From Candidatus Omnitrophota bacterium (lineage in GTDB: Bacteria; Omnitrophota; Gorgyraeia; Gygaellales; Profunditerraquicolaceae), in assembly GCA_003598025.1 (NCBI GenBank), contig QZKH01000002.1, positions 74,133 through 138,132 of the forward strand: DNA of 64,000 nucleotides, given 5' to 3'. The stretch's first letter is position 1; every line of letters starts with the position of its first letter. The notes beneath the pieces were generated by a model, which was not told where the DNA came from, searched no databases, and worked only from the letters and a program-made list of their open reading frames with translations. Shown here piece after piece: positions 1-9,410 of this stretch. The position numbers and the translations under genes were made by a program.

Positions 1-216
1 TATATATGTTGATACAAGCGGGGATACTACAAAAGCAAATTTTGATGCCGCGCTTGAATTATTCGGGCCTAAGCATATTTTATGGGGAAGTGACTGGCCG
101 GCTAAGAAGGATATAAAAGCAGGGATTAATGCGGTGAATAATTTGGAGATTACAGAAGAAGATAGGAAGGGTATTTTAGGTTGTAATTTATTGAGTATTT
201 TTAATTCTATTGATTA
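1..216 (+). CDS. C-terminal fragment of an amidohydrolase-family (TIM-barrel metal-dependent hydrolase) protein; the 5-prime end lies outside the window
   Basis: An open frame runs from position 1 to a TAA near 214-216. It contains ...ILWGSDWP..., which looks like the C-terminal Asp region of amidohydrolase-2 family proteins. Confidence 0.35.
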
Positions 217-337
217 AATTTAAGAAAGCTTAACGATCCGCTTTTGTTGCATAGCACGGAGAGAACTTAAAAAATAATCAAGGTAAGCATAATGTGTTAA
301 GTCTTTCTTATCGTTAGCTAATATTAAGGAGAGCAAA

Positions 338-673
338 ATGAAAGATTTTCTGCAGAAAATAATGAAATCTTGGACTTGTAGACACGATATTTTTATATTA
401 TATATTCTTGTGCTATTGTCCTATATGGGTCTCCTATTGAATTTAAGACTCATATCACGTTTGGCAAATATTATCAATAGGATTTCAGTGGTATTAGACG
501 CTTCCAGGATGAGGACCGAAGTTACATCAATACAATTATCAGAACTCACGCAAAAAATTGACTTGTTAAAGATCAGTTATGAAAATGTTATGACATTAGT
601 TCATACATTCTTAATTATAATAGGTGCTCTTCTTATATTTGTAACAGTCAGTCAATTATTTAAGAAACAGTGA
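338..673 (+). CDS. hypothetical small membrane protein
   Basis: 111-aa ORF with two hydrophobic segments and GGAG upstream of the ATG. No recognisable motif. Confidence 0.3.
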   Translation: MKDFLQKIMKSWTCRHDIFILYILVLLSYMGLLLNLRLISRLANIINRISVVLDASRMRTEVTSIQLSELTQKIDLLKISYENVMTLVHTFLIIIGALLIFVTVSQLFKKQ

Positions 674-758
674 TTTAATAATGAGCTGGATAATTCTATT
701 AATAAGTAAAGTCGATGTTGGAGTCAGTAAGTGATCAAGTAAGCGAAAGGATACAATT

Positions 759-1511
759 ATGCAGATGCAAAAAGAAGTCCATCTGACCGGTAAAGATTTA
801 ACACAAATGGTCCAGCTTAGGCCTGAAGATGTGGGAAAATATGCGATTGTGCCCGGGCCAAAAGACAGGCTCGATGTACTCATGAAAAAAATTGAGAGCC
901 CGATAAAGAATTTCTCATTTATGGAATATACCATGTATACCGGGACTTACCAGGGGATAAAAATTACCGGGATCAACGGCGGAAGGTTTTCAACGGATAC
1001 TGCAATTACTTCCGAAGTCATGTGCAATGCCGGAATAAAAAACATTATCAGGATCGGCACCTGCGGTGCACTGGATGAAAATATAAGAGTCGGCGATCTT
1101 TTCATCGTTGACGAAGTGATCCGGGGAGACGGCGTTACGCCGTATTATGTTGATAAAGATTTTAAGACGCAGGCTAATAAAGAGATAAGCGATGTTGTAT
1201 ACCATATTGCTAAGAGCAAAGGGCTTAATGTGCACCGCGGTACTGCCTGGACAACAGATGCGCTTTTACGCGAGACAAGGGAGATAGTCGAAGCAAAACG
1301 CAAGGAGGGCGCGCGTGCCGTAGATATGGTCTCTTCAACACTTTTAACGATCGCCCAGGTACACAATGTTAAAGCAGGTTCAATTCTGGCAGTAAGCGAC
1401 AATGTTATAACAGGTGAGATGGGCTTTATGAATCCTTTGTATTACATGGCAGAGACAAATCTTATTAATATTGCTTTGGAGGCCGTAAAAGAGCTTGAAG
1501 CCGCTTCTTAA
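759..1511 (+). CDS. PNP/UDP-family nucleoside phosphorylase, probably 5-methylthioadenosine phosphorylase given the gene context
   Basis: 250 aa with PNP/UDP phosphorylase family-1 features (GINGGRFS...E..., IRIGTCGAL). It sits directly upstream of mtnA and a class II aldolase. Confidence 0.6.
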   Translation: MQMQKEVHLTGKDLTQMVQLRPEDVGKYAIVPGPKDRLDVLMKKIESPIKNFSFMEYTMYTGTYQGIKITGINGGRFSTDTAITSEVMCNAGIKNIIRIGTCGALDENIRVGDLFIVDEVIRGDGVTPYYVDKDFKTQANKEISDVVYHIAKSKGLNVHRGTAWTTDALLRETREIVEAKRKEGARAVDMVSSTLLTIAQVHNVKAGSILAVSDNVITGEMGFMNPLYYMAETNLINIALEAVKELEAAS

Positions 1512-1544
1512 TCAAGGAGGGACGGTTCTTAGATTAAAGCAGAA

Positions 1545-2507
1545 GTGTCCCTAATAAAAAGGATATGGCACATGAAATATTCACCACTATTTTGGCCAAT
1601 CAGATTGCAGGGTAATAAAATAATTGTTTTGGATGAAACCCTGCTTCCGCACAAGCTGAACTTTATTACCGTCAGGGATTATAAAGACTCATGCCGCGTA
1701 ATCAAACAGATGAAAACCCGCGCAATAGGCCAGGTCTTGTTAGTTTTCTATACCTTCTTGCTTATCCTCAAGCAAAATAACGCCAAGAAAAACACGTTGC
1801 CATTACTCAAGAAGATAGCTAATGCCTTAAATTCAACACGGCCTACACTTTCATTCAAATATATTACCGATATGGTCTTAAGCTGGGCCCAGGCAGATGG
1901 CAAACTCGAGAAAAAAATATTAAGCTTCCTGGAGATGCTTAAAAACATGCGTATAAGGCAAGCTAAAGACTTAAGTAAATTGATTAAGAATAATGACGCA
2001 ATACTTACCCATTGTAATATCAGCGGGCTCTTAAGCCTTGCAGCGGATTTTTCTAGAAAAGAAAAGAAAAAGATCCGTTTTTATGTTACTGAAACCCGGC
2101 CATACTTACAGGGTTCGCGCCTGACTGCCTGGGAATTAAAGAACTCCGGTTTTGATGTTACGGTAATAGCCGACAATATGGTTGCCCAGGTAATGAAAGA
2201 AGGAAAAATATCAAAAGTTGTCGTCGGTGCAGACCATTTAGCGCGAAACGGAGATATCGCAAATAAAATCGGGACTTACCAGATAGCGTTGCTTGCCAAG
2301 CACTTTAAAATACCTTTTTATGCGGTTTGCCCTCCGGCATCTAACGCCAAGGCAGGGAGCGATATAAAGATTGAAATAAGGCCCGAAGATGAATTACTGG
2401 TTTTTAACGGGAAGAAAATCGCTCCTGAAGGCGTAAACGGTTATTATCCGGCATTTGATATTACGCCCGATAAATTGATCACTAGGCATATTTACATGGG
2501 GATTTAA
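1545..2507 (+). CDS. mtnA: S-methyl-5-thioribose-1-phosphate isomerase (eIF-2B alpha/beta/delta family)
   Basis: Motifs typical of MtnA/eIF2B-related isomerases (LLP, GADHLARNGDIANKIGTYQIALLAKHFKIPFYAVCP). The real start is probably the ATG near 1572. Confidence 0.7.
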   Translation: MSLIKRIWHMKYSPLFWPIRLQGNKIIVLDETLLPHKLNFITVRDYKDSCRVIKQMKTRAIGQVLLVFYTFLLILKQNNAKKNTLPLLKKIANALNSTRPTLSFKYITDMVLSWAQADGKLEKKILSFLEMLKNMRIRQAKDLSKLIKNNDAILTHCNISGLLSLAADFSRKEKKKIRFYVTETRPYLQGSRLTAWELKNSGFDVTVIADNMVAQVMKEGKISKVVVGADHLARNGDIANKIGTYQIALLAKHFKIPFYAVCPPASNAKAGSDIKIEIRPEDELLVFNGKKIAPEGVNGYYPAFDITPDKLITRHIYMGI

Positions 2508-2508
2508 T

Positions 2509-3504
2509 ATGAGTGAAATAGATTTAGCCAAAGAGCAGATAATCAAAACAGGGAAAAGATTATATGAAGCCGGGCTTGCGGTTGCAAAGTCAGGGAATTT
2601 GAGCATAAAGATAGACCCTAAAACTATCCTTATAACAGCTACTTCAACGGCTTTGGGTCAGCTGAGCCCGGAAGATATTGTTTCGGTAGAATTAGATAGC
2701 CTTAAGTGCAGCGATAGAAATAAACCCAGTTCTGAACTCCCCTTGCATAGCCTCATCTATAAGAATTCCGCAGCTTGCGTAGTATTACATGCGCACCCGC
2801 CGTTAATTAACGGTTATTTTGCGGTAAATGATAATCTTGAGGCAATGACTTTTGAAACCAGGTTTTATTTAGGTAATGTCCCGGTCATAAAACAGGATAC
2901 CCCCACCGTTACTAACCCCGCACCCGTAATCGAGGCGCTGAAAAATAGCAATATAGTTGTCTTAAAAAACCACGGTGTGGTGTCTATTGCTGATAATTTT
3001 AAGGATGCACTTGCTTTAGTCGAGGCCCTTGAAGAAGCAATAAAATCAGCAGTGGTTGCCAGGCTGTTCAGCAAAGGCAACTTAAGCAATGCCGAAGAGG
3101 TCATTAAAGAAAGATTATCTTCTGATAAGGTATATCCTATGTTTTCAAAAGAGCATATACAGGCAATAGTCGATTTGGTCAATGATGACGATTTTATTGC
3201 CCAAAAGGGCAAGGAGCTTGATTTGACTGTAAACCTTGCAATAAAGCTTAACGAAACAAATCAGGCGTATAAATTTAATTTTGATAAAGGAAAGATAATC
3301 AGGCTGGACTGTGATGCGGATGCTCCTTTTGTAATTTCAGCTCCTGCGGCAGTCTGGGAACAGGTATTTTTAGGCAAGCTCGATTCATTTGTAGCTGTTA
3401 CGCAGGGGAAGATGAAATTGGAAGGCCAATTGGGCCAGCTTTCAAAATGGTATGTGCCCTTTAGCCGGCTCTTCGAAATATTTAAGCAGGTGAAATTTAA
3501 ATGA
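2509..3504 (+). CDS. class II aldolase/adducin-domain protein (MtnB dehydratase or Ald2-type MTRu-1-P aldolase) fused to a C-terminal SCP2 sterol-carrier-like domain
   Basis: The N-terminal 200 aa have the class II aldolase fold signature (LHAHPP..., HG). The C-terminal 110 aa resemble SCP2 (FVISAPAAVWEQVFLGKLDSFVAVTQGKMKLEGQLGQL). Confidence 0.6.
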   Translation: MSEIDLAKEQIIKTGKRLYEAGLAVAKSGNLSIKIDPKTILITATSTALGQLSPEDIVSVELDSLKCSDRNKPSSELPLHSLIYKNSAACVVLHAHPPLINGYFAVNDNLEAMTFETRFYLGNVPVIKQDTPTVTNPAPVIEALKNSNIVVLKNHGVVSIADNFKDALALVEALEEAIKSAVVARLFSKGNLSNAEEVIKERLSSDKVYPMFSKEHIQAIVDLVNDDDFIAQKGKELDLTVNLAIKLNETNQAYKFNFDKGKIIRLDCDADAPFVISAPAAVWEQVFLGKLDSFVAVTQGKMKLEGQLGQLSKWYVPFSRLFEIFKQVKFK

Positions 3505-4982
3505 ATACTAAATTATTAATAAACGGCCAGCTTATCGAGACGAAGCAAAAGGAAAGAATCCTGAACCCTTCAACAGGCAGGGTTATTGAAGAAGTTTCTC
3601 TTGCTTCAAAGGCTGAACTGGAGAATGCCCTTGAGTCAGCGCGCATTGCTTTTGACCGTGGCCAGTGGCCAAGGCTGGGGTATGATGAAAGAAGGGAATT
3701 CATCCTAAAGATTAAGCAGGGTATTTTGGATAATGCAGCAGAGTTGGCAAAGATAGAGACGCTTAACACCGGCAAGCCGATAAAAGAAACAACATTTATG
3801 GATATCCCGTCTTCGGCTAAGAGCTTTGAGTATATGGCGGATAATTTTGAGAAGTTCCTGAGTGAAGAGAAAATATCTATACAGCAAGAGGCAGAGTGCA
3901 GGCTTATGCGTTCGGCCCGCGGCGTAGCCGTATTGATAATCCCATGGAATTATCCTTTGTTAATCGCCTCCTGGAAACTCGCCTCTGCGCTGTGCGCAGG
4001 TAACACCGTGATTTTAAAACCTTCAAGCCTGACACCTTTAAGTGTTTTAGAATTAGCCAGGATCATACATGATATAGGCTTTCCAAAAGGAGCGGTAAAT
4101 ATTATAAACGCGCCAGGCGCCGAAGCCGGCCAGCTGCTTTGCGCAAGCAAGTCAGTTGATATGGTATCATTTACCGGTAGTAACGAGGTCGGCCGGCAGA
4201 TAATCAATTATACCTCCACTAATGTCAAGAAACTGATAATGGAGTTAGGAGGTAAATCTGCCAGCATTATTATGGATGATGTGGACCTTGATGTTGCAGT
4301 AAACAGCAATCTATGTTCGATATTTCTGAATCAGGGCCAGATGTGCACGGCGATGTCACGCATACTCGTTCATGAAAAAATTTACGATAAGTTTGTTGAA
4401 ACCTTTGTCAGAAAAACCAGGTCAATAAAACTAGGGCAGGGAGAAGATTTTCAGACTCAAATGGGGCCGTTGATCTCGATTTCACAGATAAAGAAAATCA
4501 TTACTTATATAGATAAAGCAAAAAAAGAAGGGGCACACGTTTGTTGCGGAGGCAGGGCGCCGGAAGACCCTTCCTTAAAAAATGGGTTTTATTTTGAACC
4601 GACCGTTATTACTAATGTAAATGCGCACATGGAGGTATTTAAAGAAGAGGTCTTTGGGCCGGTTGTCTGTATTATGAAATTCTCTTCCATAGCTGAAGCG
4701 GTTGAAATAGCTAATAACAGTGATTTTGCTTTGGCAGCGTCTATTTGGACCAATAATAAGGAAGTTTCCGATGAGATAGCAAATAAGATAAACGCCGGCA
4801 TTATCTGGATAAATACTTACGGTATGTTTTACAATCAGGCTCCTTACGGCGGTTTTAAGCAGAGCGGTTTCGGTAAAGAGCTTGGCCGGGAAGGTTTTCT
4901 TGAATATACCGGGCTTAAGAATGTCATAGTTGACCGGAACCCGCAAGGCAAGCCTCTGGTAAACTACTGGTATGGTTTTTGA
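3501..4982 (+). CDS. NAD(P)-dependent aldehyde dehydrogenase
   Basis: 493 aa with the ALDH glutamate motif (ELGGKS) and the catalytic Cys region (GQMCTA). Its start overlaps the preceding gene. Confidence 0.85.
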   Translation: MNTKLLINGQLIETKQKERILNPSTGRVIEEVSLASKAELENALESARIAFDRGQWPRLGYDERREFILKIKQGILDNAAELAKIETLNTGKPIKETTFMDIPSSAKSFEYMADNFEKFLSEEKISIQQEAECRLMRSARGVAVLIIPWNYPLLIASWKLASALCAGNTVILKPSSLTPLSVLELARIIHDIGFPKGAVNIINAPGAEAGQLLCASKSVDMVSFTGSNEVGRQIINYTSTNVKKLIMELGGKSASIIMDDVDLDVAVNSNLCSIFLNQGQMCTAMSRILVHEKIYDKFVETFVRKTRSIKLGQGEDFQTQMGPLISISQIKKIITYIDKAKKEGAHVCCGGRAPEDPSLKNGFYFEPTVITNVNAHMEVFKEEVFGPVVCIMKFSSIAEAVEIANNSDFALAASIWTNNKEVSDEIANKINAGIIWINTYGMFYNQAPYGGFKQSGFGKELGREGFLEYTGLKNVIVDRNPQGKPLVNYWYGF

Positions 4983-5227
4983 TGAAGCTTAAACTGAATT
5001 TATACCCGATAGCATCGGACTTAGAGGGTAAAATAGATGAAATCCTAAATAAAGCAGTTGAGAACCGTGCTAAGCTTATCGAAATAGCTTATGGCAAGGC
5101 GTCAGAGGATATTAAAAAAAGGATACTGAATTTTCTAAACCGTAAAGATAAGCGTATTCTTTACCACCGTCTTGAAAAATCAAAAGAGGGGTGGGGAAGG
5201 ATATACATTCATTTTAGGTGGAAATAA
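4979..5227 (+). CDS. small Smr-domain-like protein whose catalytic residues appear degenerate
   Basis: 82 aa. The pattern LNLYP...IAYGKA...GWGRIYIHF parallels the Smr LDLHG...HGKG...GG..L scaffold but with substitutions. Confidence 0.3.
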   Translation: MMKLKLNLYPIASDLEGKIDEILNKAVENRAKLIEIAYGKASEDIKKRILNFLNRKDKRILYHRLEKSKEGWGRIYIHFRWK

Positions 5228-5649
5228 TTAACAAGGAGGCGGATGTGGGTAATAATTATTCCGGGCAAGAGAGGCGTAAGTTTAAAAGAGTTAAGATAAA
5301 CCTGGTAGTAGTTTATCATCCTGACAGGCCTTTGGACGTGGTGGTCATGCAGGGGTCTAAAGAGGAAAGGGCTACTATGCTTGATATAAGCCAGGGCGGT
5401 ATGTCAATCCTGGCAAAGACAAATATCCCCATTTCAACTAATGTATGGATAAAATTTACGCTTATGAGTTCGGACAAAGACCATGCCGATTTCTATGGCA
5501 ATATGGAAGTGAAAGGGCAGGTGCGTTACGGCATAGCTGAGCCCGGCGGTCGATACAGGCTGGGTATAAGCTTTTTGGGTTTGAACGAAAAAGACAGTAT
5601 AAACATCTCCAGCTTTGTAGAATCGTTAGAAAAAGGCAAAAAGAGTTAA
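5218..5649 (+). CDS. PilZ-domain (c-di-GMP-binding) protein
   Basis: Arg-rich RRKFKRVK motif followed by D.SQGG (LDISQGGMSI), as in PilZ. Confidence 0.55.
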   Translation: MEIINKEADVGNNYSGQERRKFKRVKINLVVVYHPDRPLDVVVMQGSKEERATMLDISQGGMSILAKTNIPISTNVWIKFTLMSSDKDHADFYGNMEVKGQVRYGIAEPGGRYRLGISFLGLNEKDSINISSFVESLEKGKKS

Positions 5650-7167
5650 ATGGATATTATTAAAACACTGCAGGAGCGTATAAACACAGATGCCGATAAA
5701 CCGGCTATAATTTTTCGAGGCGGCCAGATATCTTTTAAGGAATTAATAACCAAGGTATATTCTTTAGCAGACAGCCTCGCAAAAATCGGCGTTAAGAATT
5801 CAGATAAAGTAGCTATATACCTGCCTAATTGCCCTGAATATTTCATAAGCTACCTGGCGGCATGGTGTATGGGGTTGGCGGTTGTCCCCTTAGACTATAT
5901 GCTTACCGAAGATGAATTGAATTCGTGTATTGGGCATTCAGAGGCAAAAGTGCTTATCGCCAGGCAGAAACCGGTGATATCACTAAATAATATAAAATCC
6001 AGAAACACAAAGCTTACCCATATTATTGTATCTAATCCTTCTGATAGCGGATTCCTTAAATTCGATGATATGTGTGTTACCTATAAGGCAGGCCCGAAAA
6101 AAGCTTATTCAGAAAAGGATTATGCGATTATTTTTTACACATCAGGCACTACCGGTAAACCCAAGGGTGTCCTGATAAATTACCGTCAATTAGGCGCTCC
6201 CGTACAATCAATGAGTTTTTTTACGGATTTAAACGACAAGGATATTGCCTTGTGCGCATTGCCCTTTTCTCACCTGGGAGGCCTGATTTATATCTTAAAC
6301 TGTGTTTCTTTTGGCATTACGGTTGTGCTTATGGAGCGGTTTAGCCCGTTAGAGTTCCTCAAAAATATAGAGGCCTTTAAGGTGAGCTGCTTCTGGATAG
6401 TGCCCTCGATGTATTATGCCTTCCTTCAGTTAAAAGAATTTGAAAATATCGATCTTTCTTCGCTCAGATGGATAGTTACTTTCGGGGCCTCAAATTCCCC
6501 CGAGGCATTAAGAAGGTTCCATAAATATTGCCCGAGTGCTTATATTTTAAACGGCTGGGGCCTGACCGAAACGAACGCCCCAACTACGGTTCTGCCTATG
6601 GGCTCAAATAAAATCGAGAGTGTAGGCCGTCCTGCCCCGTGGATCGAAGTGAAGATATTTTCCGCAGAGGGTTTGGATACGCCGGACAAAGAATTGCCAA
6701 GAGGCGAAATAGGCGAAATTGTTGTCAAAAGCTGGGTGGTTACTGACGGATATTATAAAGATGAGAACCTTACGCTTCAGACGATCCGTAACGGATGGTT
6801 CCATACCGGAGACCTGGGCAGGTTTGATGACGATGGGCACCTATACATTGTCGGCAGAAAAAAAGAAATGATAAAAGTCGGGGGAGAAATAGTTTTTGAG
6901 CCCGAGGTTGAATCAGTGATTTACAGCCATCCGGATGTAAGCGAAGCAGCTGTTATAGGAGTAAGCGATAAACTAAGAGGCGAAGTACCCAAGGCCTTCA
7001 TTGTCCTTAAAGAAGGCAGGCAGCTTTCAGAGGAGGACATAAGATTTTTCTTAAGACAGCATCTTGCGCATTTTAAAATCCCGCATTATTTCGAATATAA
7101 GGAAAGTCTCCCTAAGAACCGGACAGGCAAGATTGATAAAGAAGCGCTCAGGACAGGTTCTTATTGA
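5650..7167 (+). CDS. AMP-dependent synthetase/ligase (acyl-CoA synthetase family)
   Basis: YTSGTTGKPKGV AMP-binding motif, plus GWGLTE and a C-terminal ...PKNRTGKIDK. Confidence 0.85.
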   Translation: MDIIKTLQERINTDADKPAIIFRGGQISFKELITKVYSLADSLAKIGVKNSDKVAIYLPNCPEYFISYLAAWCMGLAVVPLDYMLTEDELNSCIGHSEAKVLIARQKPVISLNNIKSRNTKLTHIIVSNPSDSGFLKFDDMCVTYKAGPKKAYSEKDYAIIFYTSGTTGKPKGVLINYRQLGAPVQSMSFFTDLNDKDIALCALPFSHLGGLIYILNCVSFGITVVLMERFSPLEFLKNIEAFKVSCFWIVPSMYYAFLQLKEFENIDLSSLRWIVTFGASNSPEALRRFHKYCPSAYILNGWGLTETNAPTTVLPMGSNKIESVGRPAPWIEVKIFSAEGLDTPDKELPRGEIGEIVVKSWVVTDGYYKDENLTLQTIRNGWFHTGDLGRFDDDGHLYIVGRKKEMIKVGGEIVFEPEVESVIYSHPDVSEAAVIGVSDKLRGEVPKAFIVLKEGRQLSEEDIRFFLRQHLAHFKIPHYFEYKESLPKNRTGKIDKEALRTGSY

Positions 7168-7173
7168 ATCCGG

Positions 7174-8199
7174 ATGAACATAAATAATTTCAACCTTGAA
7201 GAGTTGGAGAAAGTGTTGCGCGAATGTGGTCAGCCTGTTTTTCGCGCCCGGCAGATTTTTGCCTGGGTACATAAGAGGAAAGTCTTTGATTTCGGAAAAA
7301 TGTCGGATATGCCGTCAAGCTTAAGAGAAAAACTCAAAAATAAATATTCTATTCAGGATTTAAGCATAAGGAACATAACACGGTCAAGAGACGGAACGCA
7401 AAAATACCTTTTTTCTTTGAATGATGCCAATCTTATTGAAGCGGTGAATATCCCTGCGGCAGGCAGGGTTACGGGATGCGTTTCTACGCAAGCCGGCTGC
7501 AGGTTTGCTTGTAAATTTTGCGCAAGCGGAATTCAGGGATTTGTCAGGAACCTGGAATGTTCTGAGATAATTGAGCAGATTCTTGTCCTTGACAGAGATG
7601 CTTCCGGCGGCCTCACTAACCTCGTTTTTATGGGCACAGGCGAGCCGTTAGATAATTACGATAATGTTATCAAGGCGGCAAGGATAATAAATTCGCAATA
7701 CAGCATTAATCTTGGCGCAAGGAAGATAACCATTTCAACTTCCGGTGTCATTGCCGGCATAGAGCGTCTCAGTAACGAAGGGCTGCAAATCGAACTATCG
7801 GTTTCTTTGCATGCTGCAGATGATAGGACAAGGTCAAGCCTGATGCCCATAAACAAGGTTTATCCTCTAAGTGATCTGATTAAAGCCTGCAGAAAATATA
7901 CCGAGAAAACTAACCGGCAGATAACTTTCGAATACATCCTTATTAAGGGCATTAATTCTACATTGCAGGATGCGCTTAATTTAGTTAAAGTATTAAAAGG
8001 GTTATCCACAATCAAGGTTAATCTTATAGTATCTAATATCGTAGAAGAATCCGGACTTGAGCCGGCGGGCCTGAAAGATGCCGCTGCTTTTAAAGGGTGC
8101 CTTATTAAACACGGCATAAACGTGACGCTGCGTAAGCCGCGCGGACAGGATATTGATGCTGCCTGTGGGCAATTGAGGTTGAGATATGGGGAAGGATAG
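7174..8199 (+). CDS. rlmN: 23S rRNA (adenine2503-C2)-methyltransferase, radical SAM
   Basis: CRFACKFCASG radical-SAM cysteine motif with the conserved RlmN N-terminus (RARQIF.W) and C-terminal region. Confidence 0.9.
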   Translation: MNINNFNLEELEKVLRECGQPVFRARQIFAWVHKRKVFDFGKMSDMPSSLREKLKNKYSIQDLSIRNITRSRDGTQKYLFSLNDANLIEAVNIPAAGRVTGCVSTQAGCRFACKFCASGIQGFVRNLECSEIIEQILVLDRDASGGLTNLVFMGTGEPLDNYDNVIKAARIINSQYSINLGARKITISTSGVIAGIERLSNEGLQIELSVSLHAADDRTRSSLMPINKVYPLSDLIKACRKYTEKTNRQITFEYILIKGINSTLQDALNLVKVLKGLSTIKVNLIVSNIVEESGLEPAGLKDAAAFKGCLIKHGINVTLRKPRGQDIDAACGQLRLRYGEG

Positions 8200-8866
8200 T
8201 TCACTGTTCATAGTTCATAGTTCATGGATTAAGGCGGCAAATTTTATCTTGGCCTTATTTTTATTCTTTGGGATCATCGGGTGTCAGAAGAGGGATATAA
8301 AGAATATTGATTCTAAGGGCACGAATATCATTTGTTTCGGGGATAGCATAACCTTTGGTTACGGCGTTGACCCGGATAAAAGCTATCCTGCGGTTTTAGC
8401 CGGCATAACGCAGTGGCAGGTCATTAACGCAGGGGTAGATGGCGATACTTCAACCGATGGCTTAAACAGGATTAACAAAGATGTTTTAGAAAAAGACCCC
8501 TTACTTGTTGTTATTGAGTTCGGCGGTAATGATTTTCTCAAGAAAATACCAAAAACGCAAACCGCTGAAAACGTAAATAAAATGATTGATCATATACATG
8601 GACGCGGCTCAATGGTAGCGTTGTTAGATATAAGTACAGGCATTTTACTTAGCGATTACCATAAGCTTTTGAAAGACATAGCATCAGAAAGAGGCGCTAT
8701 TTTTATCCCAAAGATTTTAACAGGAATAATCACTAACCCCAGTATGAAGAGCGATTTCCTGCATCCTAATGAAAATGGTTACGCTGTTATCGCCCAACGT
8801 GTTTACCGCACAATTATCCCTTACCTGAATAGGAATTTTACTTTAAAGAGCATCGCCAGCAAATAA
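8186..8866 (+). CDS. SGNH/GDSL hydrolase lipoprotein (TesA/lysophospholipase L1-like)
   Basis: GDSIT block (IICFGDSITFGYG), a GGNDF block, a C-terminal DxxH-type region and a lipobox (GIIGC). The only in-frame ATG, at 8186, overlaps the rlmN stop and the heptamer repeat array. Confidence 0.7.
   Translation: MGKDSSLFIVHSSWIKAANFILALFLFFGIIGCQKRDIKNIDSKGTNIICFGDSITFGYGVDPDKSYPAVLAGITQWQVINAGVDGDTSTDGLNRINKDVLEKDPLLVVIEFGGNDFLKKIPKTQTAENVNKMIDHIHGRGSMVALLDISTGILLSDYHKLLKDIASERGAIFIPKILTGIITNPSMKSDFLHPNENGYAVIAQRVYRTIIPYLNRNFTLKSIASK
8198..8227. repeat. tandem heptamer array (TTCACTG TTCATAG TTCATAG TTCATGG) belonging to the dispersed GTTCATA/TATGAAC family
   Basis: Read directly in the sequence. 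Four 7-nt units at the rlmN/SGNH junction. Confidence 0.85.
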
Positions 8867-8929
8867 AAGTATCTCTTTATTTTAGCCGGTGTTTTTTGAT
8901 ATAATAATATTTAAGCATATACTTTTATA

Positions 8930-9409
8930 GTGATGAGAAATATCCTTCACACGCCAATCCCTGAGAAAAGATATCGGGCCAGGGCTTTTGCCCTGGTAGA
9001 GACGCTTCTTGCCACGGCGATAATGGTGTTTGGGCTTTGCGCGATACTGATAACCTACATATCCTGCCTTTTACTTATTACTACCGCTAAGAACATTAAT
9101 ATAGCTACTAATGCTACGTTAAGCCTGATGGAGGGGATACGCAGCAGCGATTTTACACAGATATCCGCTAATTATAACGGATTAAATTTTGTTTTAAACG
9201 ATATACCTTTAAGCAGGGGAGTAGTTTATGTTGATGATACAAATGCCGAGCTTTTACAGGTGGATATAAGCGTGTGTTGGCAGCAGGGTAACAGGGTAAT
9301 CGGAGAAGATGCAAATTTAAACGGTATGCTTGATCCGGGAGAAGATGTAAATGGTAACGGGATCATTGATTCCACGGTAAAGGCGACAACTTTAATAGCC
9401 AACAGGTGA
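8930..9409 (+). CDS. minor pseudopilin (type II secretion/type IV pilus, GspH/I- or PilV-like)
   Basis: Prepilin-type N-terminal motif (AFALVETLLA) followed by a hydrophobic helix. 159 aa. Confidence 0.5.
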   Translation: MMRNILHTPIPEKRYRARAFALVETLLATAIMVFGLCAILITYISCLLLITTAKNINIATNATLSLMEGIRSSDFTQISANYNGLNFVLNDIPLSRGVVYVDDTNAELLQVDISVCWQQGNRVIGEDANLNGMLDPGEDVNGNGIIDSTVKATTLIANR

Positions 9410-9410
9410 T

